The notes below the pieces were generated by a model that made no database searches, had not been told where the DNA came from, and saw only the letters and a list, made by a program, of their open reading frames with translations. 64,000 bases of DNA from Lama guanicoe. Taxonomy: Eukaryota. The stretch spans positions 3,801,782 to 3,865,781 of the forward strand of contig MU057102.1 in assembly GCA_013239625.1 (NCBI GenBank), read 5' to 3'. The first letter of the stretch is position 1. Each line of letters opens with the position of its first letter. The translations under genes and the position numbers were made by a program. This document shows, piece by piece, positions 34,411 to 46,729 of the stretch.

Positions 34411-36833
34411 GTAGGGGGCGCACGCTGCACACCCAGGGGCACTTGAACACACGGGGTCATGTGTAGCACGTGGTCACCTCAGACCTCACCACACAAGCCC
34501 TGCAAAGCACACCTCAGGCTCCTTCTGGAAAGTCAGGGGACAAAGTCAGCACCTCCTGTATCACCTTGGCCAGCTTGGGGTTGTGGGATGCATGCTGGTG
34601 TGCTGCGGTCCAGCCAAGCCCAGCAGAGCACCTCCTCTCGGCCTTGCAGCACACCCCAGGGTGGGTTTGGGGGGCACCAGGGGCCTATCTAATCGGCCAA
34701 ATCTGGTAGCACCCATGGGCATCTTGCTTCTGGTAAGCAGAGCTGCCGGAGGCCGCAGGGTGGCCACGGCAGCTGGAGTGGGAGTGAGGAGCTGGGCTGG
34801 ACCTTGGCATCTACCAAGGACTTCGCAGTGTTGCTGGAGAGGGGGTGGCAGCGTGCACAGGGAGCCCGGGCTGGCTGAGCACAGGGACAGGAGAGAGACA
34901 CTGGGTAGCTTGTGTGAGCTCAGCCCTAGCATGGAGGCAGTGCAGCTCTGATTTGTGCTTTGAGGGAGGAGACTGCCCCCCTCCAACCCTGCTGACTGCT
35001 TTTGAAGGGAATCCTGAGCCTATGTGGCTCAAGGCCACGATCATGGCCAGAGACCCTGGACCAGGAGAGGAGGGTGTTGTCGGACAGTGGGCTGAGACCC
35101 TGGCCCAGGAGGTGGGTGGGGCAGTGGGCTGAGGTCCTCATGGCACAGACGCATCCTGGCAAATCAGTCTGCTCAGCCCAGGCCCATGGGGCCCACCCTG
35201 CACACCTCAGCTGCCGGGTGCAGTGCAAGCTCCCGGGGCTCCTGGTGGTGGGCGCCTGTGGCTGGGGCCTGACTCTGCCATTGGAGATGGCTTCCTTGTG
35301 TGACAGCACCTCCCTTGGACCACACGTGGCCTCCAAGGGCCACACCCTGACCTGATGCCATTCACAGACTGAGTCAGGTGACGCCCAGCGAGGCCACCTC
35401 TTGGCAGGAGTGACTGCGTGCCTTTCACCAGAGGTGGGGAGTGGTGGGGTCTGTTGTGCTAGAAACGGGGGCAAGACAGAGGGGCCTGTGCCACTGTGCC
35501 CAGGATGGGCATCGCCCATGTGGGCTGGTCTCCTGCAGAGTGACTGCGTTTCCATTTAACACAAATTAAATGGAAAGATGCTTGGGCCTGGCGCGGGGCC
35601 ATGTTTCCTGAGGTTCTGCGGTCAAGGATAGGCTGCAGGTTGAGTCTAATTATAATGATTACGTCACCAGGACGTGATTCAGGGACAAGCAGCATCCTGG
35701 CTCTGGGAGGGATCCAGATTCCACCCAGCCAGTCCCAGGCTGCACAGATAATTAATTAGGTGGCTAATTCAGGCCTCGAGGTGGGCTTGTAAGAAAACTG
35801 AAGTATCTGATTTGGCTGTCTACGTGGCTGAAATTAGCTGGGTAATTGCCAGCCTGGATCCCCTTTGTTCCGTGTCAACCCAAAGTTTCTCCTGTGGCGG
35901 CGATGGGGCAGGCTTCACCAGAGACGTGGGTGCCAAGAGGAGGCAGCCGGAGGCCCCCTGAGCACCCTCTGGGCAGCAGCCACTCCTGAGGGCCCCCAGG
36001 CCCAGCGTTGCCTGCCCCCGTTCAAGTGCCAGTGCTGCTGGGGTCCGGCGCGTGTGACCTCTGGGTGAGACCTTGATTCCTGTTCCCGTATTTTTGCACC
36101 CTGCGGTGAGTGTCTTCTTGGTCTCTCAGGGTGAGTGTGGGTGAGAAGGAGACAGGCAGAGACCAAGAGAAGATTCTGAGAGAGACAGACCAGAGCCCCA
36201 GACCCAGGCCTGGCAAACTCTGGAAGCCATCTAGAAATAGGTTAACCCAGAGAAGATGCAGCGGGTAAACAGCCCAAGAGAAAGATGACCAGAAATGCCC
36301 CAGACACTGGAGACAGAGAGGGATGTGGGGAAACTGGGCAGGAGGGAGAGAGGAGGGATGGGGGGCCAGGCTGTCTAGAAGTCGGGCAGAGAAGGCGACT
36401 GGGGAGACAGAGGCTCTGAGCAGAATGGCCGGAGAAAAATATCATAGAAAAGACAGGGTGGCTGGGATGGAGACCGGGGAACCCAAGGAAACAGGTCAAG
36501 AAGTCTAAGTGTAGGATACATGGACAGAGGGGGACAGACAGAGAGACACACACTAAGAAACAGACTCATCCCCCCACGGCCTCACGGGCGCAGATGCGCA
36601 CACTCAGAGAAGGACTCACAGCAGAAGCCAGGGAAGTGCAGGCCCTTGTGGTGCTGGGGACGAGACTCCATGTGGCCTTGTTAGGTTGTGGCATCTGAGG
36701 CTGTCGTCCCCAGCTCGCTGGCTGCAGAGGCACATCCTTTCCTGAGAACACACTTCCCAGAGCCTTGTCGTCTGCCCTGACCCTGCATCTCAGCAAGGCC
36801 TTTGTTGGGGCAGAGGCTTTGAGGTGACTACGT

Positions 36834-37112
36834 GGAGGGGACAGCAGCTGCAGGACTCAGGAGTCCCACAGACAGACAGACAGACAGACAGACAGATGGG
36901 GTGCGCACAGCTCCCTACACGCAAGGGTGTGTCTGCTCAGCCTTGTCCACTCCGGACTCTTGGGAGGAGCTCAGAGGAGGGGACAGCAGCTGCAGGACTC
37001 AGGAGTCCCACAGACAGACAGACAGACAGACAGATGGGGTGCGCACAGCTCCCTACACGCAAGGGTGTGTCTGCTCAGCCTTGTCCACTCCGGACTCTTG
37101 GGAGGAGCTCAG
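36834..37112. repeat. Tandem duplication, 141 + 137 bp, containing (CAGA)7 and (CAGA)6
   Basis: Copies at 36834-36974 and 36976-37112 are identical except for one CAGA unit. Confidence 0.95.
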
Positions 37113-40100
37113 TCTGGAACCTGCTGGGCCTCAGACAGGTGCCTGCCGCCCCGCCCAGGGCCCTCAAGCTCTGAGCGTTTCTCAGGAAGGGCTGACCAGG
37201 CTTCTCCGTGGCCCACAGGCCTCTCCCGCCCTCAGTCATCTGGTATCTGCCCACACACCACTTATCCGCCTGCTCTGGGTACCCACCCCAAGGCCAGCCT
37301 GGGCCCCGAGAGGCGGCAGCCTGTGGCGCTGTGGGACGGGTAGGGTATCACCTGGAGTTCAGGGAGGGCCAGCTCACACTCTGATGGCCCTGAAGTCCCA
37401 GGCGAGCCTGGGCCTTTCCCACAGTCCTCTGTAGACACTCGCCTGCCCTGGCTCTGCAGCCCAGCCCCCTGGGCGACCCCATGCCCGGGAGGGCAGCCTG
37501 GGACCATGGACACAGGTGCTGGCACACTACCTGTCCTGCCCTGCCCTGCCACATCCCAGCAAGGCCAGTGGCACCAAACCATGACTTCACTCAGACTCCT
37601 GGTGCTGAGATGTCTCTCTGAGGGCAGGAGGGCAGCCATGGACCACGAGGAAGGGACAGCGCTCCAGGGCCCCTCCCCTTGAGATGGAAGGCTGCGCAGA
37701 TACTCCAGCCTCTGGGTCCCTGGAGTGGATGCTGACTGGCTCTGCACAGCAGCCATCTCTCTCCTGTGACATGGCTGGAGGGGGACCAGGTGGGGCCCAC
37801 GGGAGCCCCCACCCTTGGGACCTGAGTTCTCCGAGGGCTGATAGGGGCACCCCCAGGACACAGCTCTGCTGGGGTCCTCCCAGAGACCAGGGAGCTGTGG
37901 GCACGCAGGGTGGGCCAGAGAGGTTGCTTCTGGGCCAGTCTGTCAAGGAAAGTGGCCGGCTGTTGGCAGACTTGCTCTCACGAGAGAATGTCCTGGAGGC
38001 CTTTACAGGTCTTGGCCCCCTGGAGAACCATCAAGACACCCCCAGATTTGAATTAGCCAACACTCAGTCCCCGAGAGAGTTTGGTGTGGTGGCCTGGGAA
38101 CTTGTCTGCGGCAACTCGGCTCTGAACTGGGGCCAGGCGCTCTGGCCACATCTGCCTGGATCTGGGACTCAGGGTCCTCAAGGGCATGATTTGAAGAAAC
38201 TGTTTTCCCCCGAGGCCAGGAAGTGGCCCAGGGCCCGGGAGCTGTATTTACATGGTGGCCAGGAGCGGGCAGTTGTCAGGGCTGTGTCGTGGCCACAGGC
38301 TCTCCTCAGGCTGAAGCAGGAGCAGCGGGGCTATTACAACCTTGTTGAGGCTGGCTGTCCCACCGTCTGCCTCAGCGTGACATGTTTCGGGTCTGGAACA
38401 TGTGTAGGTCCTCGGGGCCCGTGAGTGGGCGGGGAGGAGGGGTGTCTGAGGTGGGCTCCCAGGAGGAGCACGGGGACTGGGGCACAGGCCCGGGGCCCCA
38501 GGGGCTGGCAGGGGCTTGGAGGGTGGTGGGAGGGTCCCGGGACCTCAGGACTCAGCCGAAGGGGGTCTCCCTGCCAAGACCCCTGATAGTTGTGCCCCGG
38601 CCACCCGGCCGCTCGGTCGGTGTGAATGTGTCCTGGCAAAGTGGCCCCAGGCCCATCCTGCAGATAGGGAGGCTGGCCTGGACTCGGAGGGCCTGGGGGC
38701 CTGAGCCTGGCATGTGGGGAGGGCAAGGGCGTGAACAGCCGCTGTCCTGAGGCCAGCACGTCCTCACGGGAGGGAGCGCAGCCTCCCTAGCCCAGGCTGC
38801 AGGCGGGTGGGAGGCAGGGGAACCCAGGCCTTGGTGGAAGGAGGCGAAGGGAGACCCTGGGGGTGGGGCCTCCACACCCCGTGGGGCATAGGATGTGCAC
38901 TCTCGGCAGAGACCCCTCGGGGGTCTCATGAGGACCAGTCCCCAGATGTGGAGGCCACAGGGACCAGACCCAGGAGGAGGGAGGGCTGTGCCCACCTCGG
39001 GGCCCGCAGGAGGCAGGTGGGGCCAGGTGGGCAGAGTCCCTCTGTGAGTCGGGAGCCCTGGGCAGGGAAGCTCCTCCGACAGTGCCGGCCCCTCCCCCAC
39101 CTCCAGCACTGCCAGGGCCTTGCAGGGGACATCCCTCCTTGTCTGGTACCTGCTTCTGTGAAGCCCGAGGGACCTTTCTCCCTGCTGCTGGCCCCACCAC
39201 ACACACTGAGGCCTGTGTGTCTGTGGCTGTGCTGGACTCCTGAGCTCAGACGTGACCCTTCCCCAGTCCCTGCCTCCTCACGCCTCCTAGGACCTCAGGG
39301 TCGTGGAGGCAATCCTGTCCCGACCCCCAGTGTCCACTCCGAGACTCTACACTAAGGGCAAGGCCAGGCTTCCCGATCCTGTCCCAAACCCAGGTCCTGA
39401 GGGCAAGGCTGGTCCCACAAGCTTCACTGCCCTGTCTGTCTATTTTGGGGTTCGCTCTGTTTATCAGGGGCCTCCCGCGTGTCCGGGGCTTCCCTGCTGT
39501 GACACTGACCGGGGAGGCCAGGTTCTCTGGCATCTGGAAGGATAAGCATCACAGGCTGAGCTGGACTGCAGAGGAAGGAGCAGATCGGTTGGAGAAACTC
39601 TAGAATTATGCACTGGGGAAGATGCTTTTGACTCAAATTGCAGAGAACCAAACAGAGTGGCTTGAATCAGTTTGTTTCTCTCACATGTGGAGGTATCAGG
39701 AGGTGGCTCAGTTGCTCAGCAGTGCCAGCAGGGACTGGCTTCACCCTTCATTGTGCCACTGTCATCCTAGTGGAGTTTTCAGCTTGCTCCTCCCTGTCAC
39801 GAAGTGGCTGCTGCTGCTCCAGCCTCACGTCCACAGTTAGGGCAGGAGAAAAGAGACATCCGCTTGGCAAATGTGTCTGTGGAATCTTGTGAAGGGTTTC
39901 TGTGGATGTGTCATGGGCAAGAGGGTCTGGGAAGGTGAGGACCAAGTGGGCACTTCACCCTCCAAACAAAAGGATGGGTGATGGCCAGGCAGATGCAAGA
40001 GCCCCAGACCACAAGCCCTCAGAGAGCAGAGGTGCCTCCTTCTCCCCAGCTCTTTCTTGAGAGCCGGGTTCCTCCAAGGCTGCCAGCAAATACTTGATAG

Positions 40101-43100
40101 TGAAATATCAATATTCATTCAGGAGGGGCTTCCCAAATGCCGTGCTGCATCGAGAAGGCGTTAAGTTACCTTACGGGGCTCAGGAGAGACACCACTTATC
40201 CACACCCATCCCCGCCAATCTCTTAGAGGCTGGAAGACACTTCAGAGAAACTGCCTTTTCCCCCGAGACCCTGGAGGACAGGCCTTCACTCAGGAGAGGG
40301 TGCTCCCGGCTGGTTACGCTGCAGCTCCGTTATAAATGCTGTTGCCCGATGGGGGAATAAAAGGCACATAACGCACTTCAGCTGATAAAGTCGTTTGTTT
40401 TCTGCCTTGTTGGCAAGAAGTTTCGGTTCGGATGACAACATCTGTTTCAGTCGCTCCTGTTCTGCCCTCATCGCAGCCTCTGGGCTGGCTCTGGGCCGGG
40501 TGCGTTTATGGCTGGGAATTAATGAAAACCCCAGAACCAGCTCAAGCCCAGGCAGGCCCCGAAGTCGGCAAGTCCCAGAGACCGCGGCCTGTAAGCCCAG
40601 ATCAGGTGAGGGCAGCACCCACGGGGTGCCCACAGTGCCGAGCGGCCCCTCCCCAGGGCTCGTGCTCTGCCTGGGCAGAGAGCAGGGTCCTGAGATTCCT
40701 GCTGTTGGCAGCCAGAGCGCCCGATTCTGTCTGGGGGCTGGGGGCTCTCCAGACCCTCCTCCTGGCCTGCCTGTGCTTGGCCTCTGAGGGTACTGGGTGC
40801 TGAGGGTCCCGAGTGCAGGTGCTGGGTGCCGAGTGCTACCTGTTGAGTGCTGGGTGCGAGGTGCAGACAGACACTGAGAGGGCTGAGGACGCCGGGGGCC
40901 AGGCAGCGGGCTGGAGCAGCTCTGGCAGAGCCCACAGGCAGGCTGGTGCCCCGGCCTACGCCATGTGGTGCTAGTGCTGCTCCTAATGTTTCCTTGGTGC
41001 CGTCCACTGCCCTCCCCTCAGGCCTCCACCCTCCGGCCCACAGTGGCCGAAGGACTGGCAGGAAAGGCGCAGATGGGGCCTCCTGGGGGAGGGAGAGGCA
41101 AGACGTGCAGGCGTCGCGTGTAGGCAGCAGGAGGAGGAACCGGTGAGGACGGAGGGTGAGGCGTGGGGTCCCCAGAAGCTGCTGGCCTCAGGCCCTCGAG
41201 GGTCCTTGGGGCCACGGGGACCACGTGGCACTTAGCTTTCCTTCAGAAGGAAGGCTCTGGAGAGGTGGACTGCTTCGCACCCGGTCCGCGGGGTGAGCAC
41301 AGCCCCTATCCTTCTGTCTGTCCATCAGGCCAAGCAGATGCCCTGCTAGCGGAGCCTGCCCTGCCCAGGTGAAGACAGCAGGGGAAGGCGTCCCTGACAC
41401 TCACTGAAGCCCCGACAGGAACATCTCAGTGTCCCCCGCGTGCGCTGGGGGCAGCGTCTGCAGACGGACAGGCGGCCAGTGAGCAGCGGGACAGGATGAC
41501 AGCTGGCCCCCAAGCCGGTGGCCGCGCCATCTGTCCTGGAGCTTGGCTCTGTTCGTCCTCACTAATTGGCGTCTCGTCTCGCCTCTGCCTCCGTACGTCC
41601 TTCCCTGAAGCCAAGAGCAGACGCTCTCGGCCTGGTGCCCTCCTCCGCAGTCGGGGCCAGTGGGGCCCAGGGACCCTCCCCACGGGCACCGAGCAGCGGA
41701 TCCGTGATCTGTGCATGGCAGGGGGAGATGCCCAGATGCCTGAGAAAGGTCTGCAGGGCCAGCGAAGGAGCGGGCGGGAGGGCAGGGGTGCCGTTGGCAC
41801 AGAGCCGGAGGAGTGGTGCTTCTGTGCCAGAAGGTGAGGGACACACCGGGAGTGAGGGCCATGTCCCTGAGGCAGGCTCAGGTCCGGTGCTGGCAGGACC
41901 AGGAGGCAGGGACTTTCTGGGTGACCCTCCAGCCAGTCCCTGGCCATGCCCCTCAGTCAGCCTTGGAGGCAAGGCCACCAGATGCAGGGCCTGGAGCACG
42001 GTGGTCAGCAGGTGAGACCGGGCCACGTGCCTGTGCCTCCCCTCCCGTGGGGCCCCAGGCTGGGTTCCAGCACTGGCGGGGTGTGGGCTGTCTGCCAGCA
42101 AGGACGATACAGCACTTTTCCAGTACCAGTCCCTCCTGACCTGGACTGGGGCTGGACAGGGTGCGGGAAGCCAGGGACGGGGCGGATGGCCGGGGCAGTT
42201 TTTGCGGCTCCTTGGAAGCTGCTCTGTTCCTTGGGCCAGGGTGGCCCAGGTGCGTGGTGCCTGCAGCACCCCCCCCAGGGCCCGGTGCCCACCAGCGGGG
42301 CAGCCAGTGGGTGTCTTCCAAGGGAACTCGGCTTTACGTCTCACTTGGCAGGAATATTCACAGCTAACATACCTGCTGTGGCTTCTGTCATCTTAACTGT
42401 CACCTTTTTAAAGTGCTCTGGCAACGTTTCGCTTACGCTGTCCTGACACGTGGACCACATTTTCTTTTTAAGCCCTTCTGCAGTGTTGTGGAACCCATAT
42501 GCCCTTAAAAGCATTACTCAAGCCCTGATTGCCACGGTGACGAGCGACACTGTGTTTCGAGCTCTTCCCGAAGTCTTCCCAGGAGCTCTGGGTGCTTTTC
42601 TGTCTTTCTCCCCCACCCTCCTCCTCGGCCCTTGTGATTTAGAGCTAGAGGACTGGTGGCAGTCTATGTTTTCTTAATACATAAAAAACATTTCTATCTT
42701 TGCATTCAATTTTATCAGAGGTATATACCCATATTTATTTTTCAACATAAAAGTGGGGTTTTTTTCCCATCATTAAAATAACAGATGTTCATTGTAGGGA
42801 ATTGAAATAACACAGAAAAGTATAAAGAAGTGATGTGGAGAATTGAGCCACTATATTCCTTTCCAGCTCATCCATTAGAATCACACATTACTTTATTTGA
42901 AAGTATTTTTTCAAAGACAGAGGCCTTCAGGTCCAGTTCCAGTTTTAAAAGACTCAGCAGAGTCCTTTACATGTCGGTGTGTTAGCACCAGTCCCAGGAG
43001 CCAGCTGGCGAGGCGTCAGCGCAGTTGGTGCTGGGACGGTGTCGTTTCCAGCGACAGCTCTCTGCACCGTGCATGTTTCGGGGACGCCTCTGCCTGCAGT

Positions 43101-45154
43101 GCAGACAGACGTGGGCAGAGACTCGCCCTGCGGGTGCTGAGCATCACTACAGACTGAGCCCCGGTTCCAGGAGCAGTTTGTTAATATTGCCACTCTCCTC
43201 TCGTCTTCCTGGCCGAGGCGCGGGCTGCAGGTCTCATCTAATGAGATACCTGGAACTTAAAGAAAGTTATTTCTCAGGTTGCCTTAGTGAGAGGCCTCGC
43301 GTTTCTCAGAAACGAGCTCGTTGGATCATCTTGGACGTTTCATTAGTTTCCTGTAATGGGTCACATCGGCGCCATGCACAGGGTTCCCTGCGAGCCCCGA
43401 TCACATCTCTCCTGTGGGACCTTTGGTCTGCCCTGGAGTTAACATGTCTCATTCTCCGTTTGCCTCCTTCTCTGTGAACCCTCTCTAACTCTCCACCCTC
43501 TGGCAGCCCCACCACCCAGTATTTCCACGTGGCTAAAGGTTCCAGATGAACAGGTGGCTCTTCTCTCCCCTGGAGTGGCTGCCCCAGGACTCTGGCACCT
43601 TCCACTCCCGGCTGCACCTGCTGTGGCCCCGATGCCCCTCGCTCCTCTCCTGCTGGGCCCTGGGGAACTTTCTGAGAGCGGGTGCGTCAGGGGCACATAG
43701 ACCCTCTTTCTGCCTTCATGCATGATTGCCGGTTAAGCTGGATATACATTTTGGATCTAAATCCATGTCCGCCGTAGGCGTCTGCAGCCTCACTCCGGTT
43801 GCCCACCAGGCTCTGAAGCTGCCGCTGAGAAGCCACATGCTGTTCTCACCTCCAGTGCGTCTTCCATGACCTCTTTGTTTTCTCTCTGGAGGTTTTTGCT
43901 GTTTCCTCACCAACCTGGGCATTTTGAAATTCAAGACTTCGGGACCTTGCTGTGAGTCTTCTGGCGTCTGCACCGCGGGTGCAGGTGGTTCAGTCCCAGG
44001 CGCTGCTCCGGCTGCTGCGTGGTGACCCATCCTCCTACCCTGCCCGCTGTGCGCCCTGATCCGATGCTCTTTCCTGCATCTTCTCGCCTGTTTCCAGCTC
44101 TGCAGCTTTTGTTCTGCTTTCTAGGGCATTTCCTTAATTTCACTTTCTAACTCTTCAACTGAATTTTTCATTTGCGTTTATGTTTTTCGCTTCCCAAAGC
44201 TCTTTCCTGCATTCCAAGTCCCCTGCCTCTCGAGAGCTCCCCTGTCCCTGTACTGCCTCCTGAGCCCCACCTGCCGGTCTGCCGAGTGCAGTCTCCGTGC
44301 CAGGGGTGCGCAGGGTGCACACTCGCGCGTCAGAGTGAGTTCTGAGAGCCGGCCGGGAGGTTCCGTGTGCTGTGGGGCCTCAGGCTCACCTGCGGGACAG
44401 GCACGTGATGAGCTGGCTCTGGTGTCTGGAGACGTCCGACTGGAAGACTCTTTGGGGCTTGTTTGCGGTGCGGTTCCCTTTCTCCAGAAACAGAGTCTAC
44501 GTGGCTGGAGCGCGGGTTCTGTGGGCAGGCAGTGGTGGGGACTTGGGCAAGGTCCCCAGTTTCAGGAAACAGACGTCCACTTGACCCCAGTCTGCAGGTG
44601 GCAGGGTGTCTCTGTCCCCGCAGCCCTGAACCTGGGCCGGGTCTGGAGGGTCTCTGGTTCTTTTTCTCCAGGGAAGCTTATTTTTGATTCCCCCTTGCTG
44701 CTTGGGTGGTGGGTCCCCAGGGTGGGGAGCACAGGTGTCCCTCAGAGAGACCTCAGCCCACCCTGGTCACCCGTGCCTCCCACAGGACCCGGCGCCACCA
44801 AACCTGGGGTCCCCCCGGAGTCCCGCCGCCACGTCAACTCGTCTGCGCATCTCACTCTGCCCTCGCTGGGTGCCCTTCGGTTCCCCCGGCGTTGACACCT
44901 CGGTTATCTTGCTCTCTCCTCCCCTATTCTGCTTGTCCCTGTGGAATCACGCTTTTAAATTTCCCGACTCTCCTTTGAGTGGGGTTGGGGAAAGCGGTGT
45001 GTATCCGTCCAGCGCGTTTAACCAGAACTCAGCAGTGAGGACCCTCAACTGTAAGGACTTTGCATTAGGACACCTAAGGTCAGAACACCTGGAACTGGGA
45101 CACGGAGCAAAAGGGTAACTGGAGTGAGAACGCCTGGTGTCAGGACGGCCCGTC

Positions 45155-45567
45155 CAGGCACCTCGAGGTCTCGCAGGTCGAGTTCCAGACCACTGCAACA
45201 GAGAGACAATCGCAACAAAGCAGGCACGGGAACTTTCTGGTTTCCCGGCGCGTACAAAAGATATGTTTACACTGTAGTCTGTGAGGTGCGCAACAACATC
45301 GTGTCCAGGATAGCGTGCATGTCATGAGTTAAAAAATGTACTGCTAAAAAATGCTAACCATCATCTTAGCCTTCAGCGAGTCATAATCTTTGCTGGTGGA
45401 GGGTTTGAAATAGTGTGAGAATTACCAAAATGTGACAAGAGACATGAAGTGAGCAGGTTCTGTTAGAAACATGGTGCCCATAGACTTGCTTGACCCAGGG
45501 TTGCCACAAACCTTCAATCTGTGAAAAATGCAGTACCTGGGAGGCACATTAAAACAAAGTCTGCCTG
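45155..45567 (-). mobile_element. Tigger1-derived internally deleted MITE (Tigger1a_Art-like)
   Basis: TIRs CAGGCA.CCTCG and GTCTGCCTG; minus strand has TTGAAGGTTTGTGGCAACCCTG and GTCACATTTTGGTAATTCTCAC typical of the Tigger1 end. Confidence 0.85.
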
Positions 45568-46729
45568 CATTAGGGCACCTGGTACTTGGACACCTGGCAC
45601 TCAAACACGTGGCGTTAGGACTTGTGGCCTCAGGACGCCTGCCTTGGGCTTGCGTGGATTCGCTGCCAGTGACTGAACCGATGCCACACGTCAGGCATCA
45701 CACGTCAGGTTTCTCGCTCGTGCAAACAAGGCTGCAGCAGGCATCCCTGCACGCACACCCTGTCACTCAGTATGTATTCACTGAGCTCTTGCCGCGAGCC
45801 GGACACACAGACGGTCTCTGTCCTGGTGAAACATACATTCTAGTGTTGGAGAGGGACAACAAAACCCAGGTAAACAAACACTGAACGTGAGGCCACGACA
45901 GTTCCACGCAGGAGGGAAATCCAGCAGGGAGAGGCTCTGTTTCTGAGGCAGTTTGTTGTATTGAGGTGATGGTGCTGGTGCCATGGCTGCAGGAGGGTGG
46001 CCTCTCAGGAAACCGCGATGTCCTTAATGACGGGAACACGCTGCAGCAGGAGGGCGTGCACGGCTGGCTCCTCCTGACACACAGTTCCAAACTGCCGTCT
46101 AAAACAAACGCTGCAAGTCCACACGCGGCAGCGCTCCGGGACCACACGCGTCCCCAGAGTGGGGCTCCGTCACACGATGGCTGGGGGATGGGTAAAACTG
46201 ACCCCATGTTTAATTACATCTTTGGGTAACAGTGTGATTTAACATCTTCCGTTCACTCAGCAAGGGTTTGACTACCCAGCAGCTGCCGCCGTTCACGACC
46301 TGTGGCTTCTAGGTGCGCTTCCTGCCACTTACACGTTCGCCGCCTGCCTTCGTGGTCTTCCACGCGTTTTCACCGCGCGCACTCACACGCTCGGCCCCGG
46401 CCGGGCATGGGGGGCGGCTCCCGCGTGGGGGCCTGTGCTCCCCCCGCCCCGCGGGCCTGGTAGGCTTCGCCGGGCCAGACGCCGTGCGTTAGGTCGCCCT
46501 GTTGGTGCTGATGTTCTGTTTTCCTAAATAGACTCACGTTGCTCAGGATGTGGTCGGGTCATTTAGAGTCAGTTTGAGTCGTTCCTGTCTTGTTTTTAAG
46601 CTTTGTTAAGTGGGATCAGAGCCATATTTAATTTAAGGATAATTCCCCCACAGTCCCGGCTGTCTCCTTCTCACTCTGACAGCTGCCTTGGGGTCTGCGG
46701 CTTTTTTGGCCCCTGCTGCCAGGTTCATG

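Noticed and set aside
36834-37112. Direct repeats as a CRISPR-like array or LTR pair
   Set aside because: Only two adjacent copies with no spacers or internal sequence, in a mammalian intron
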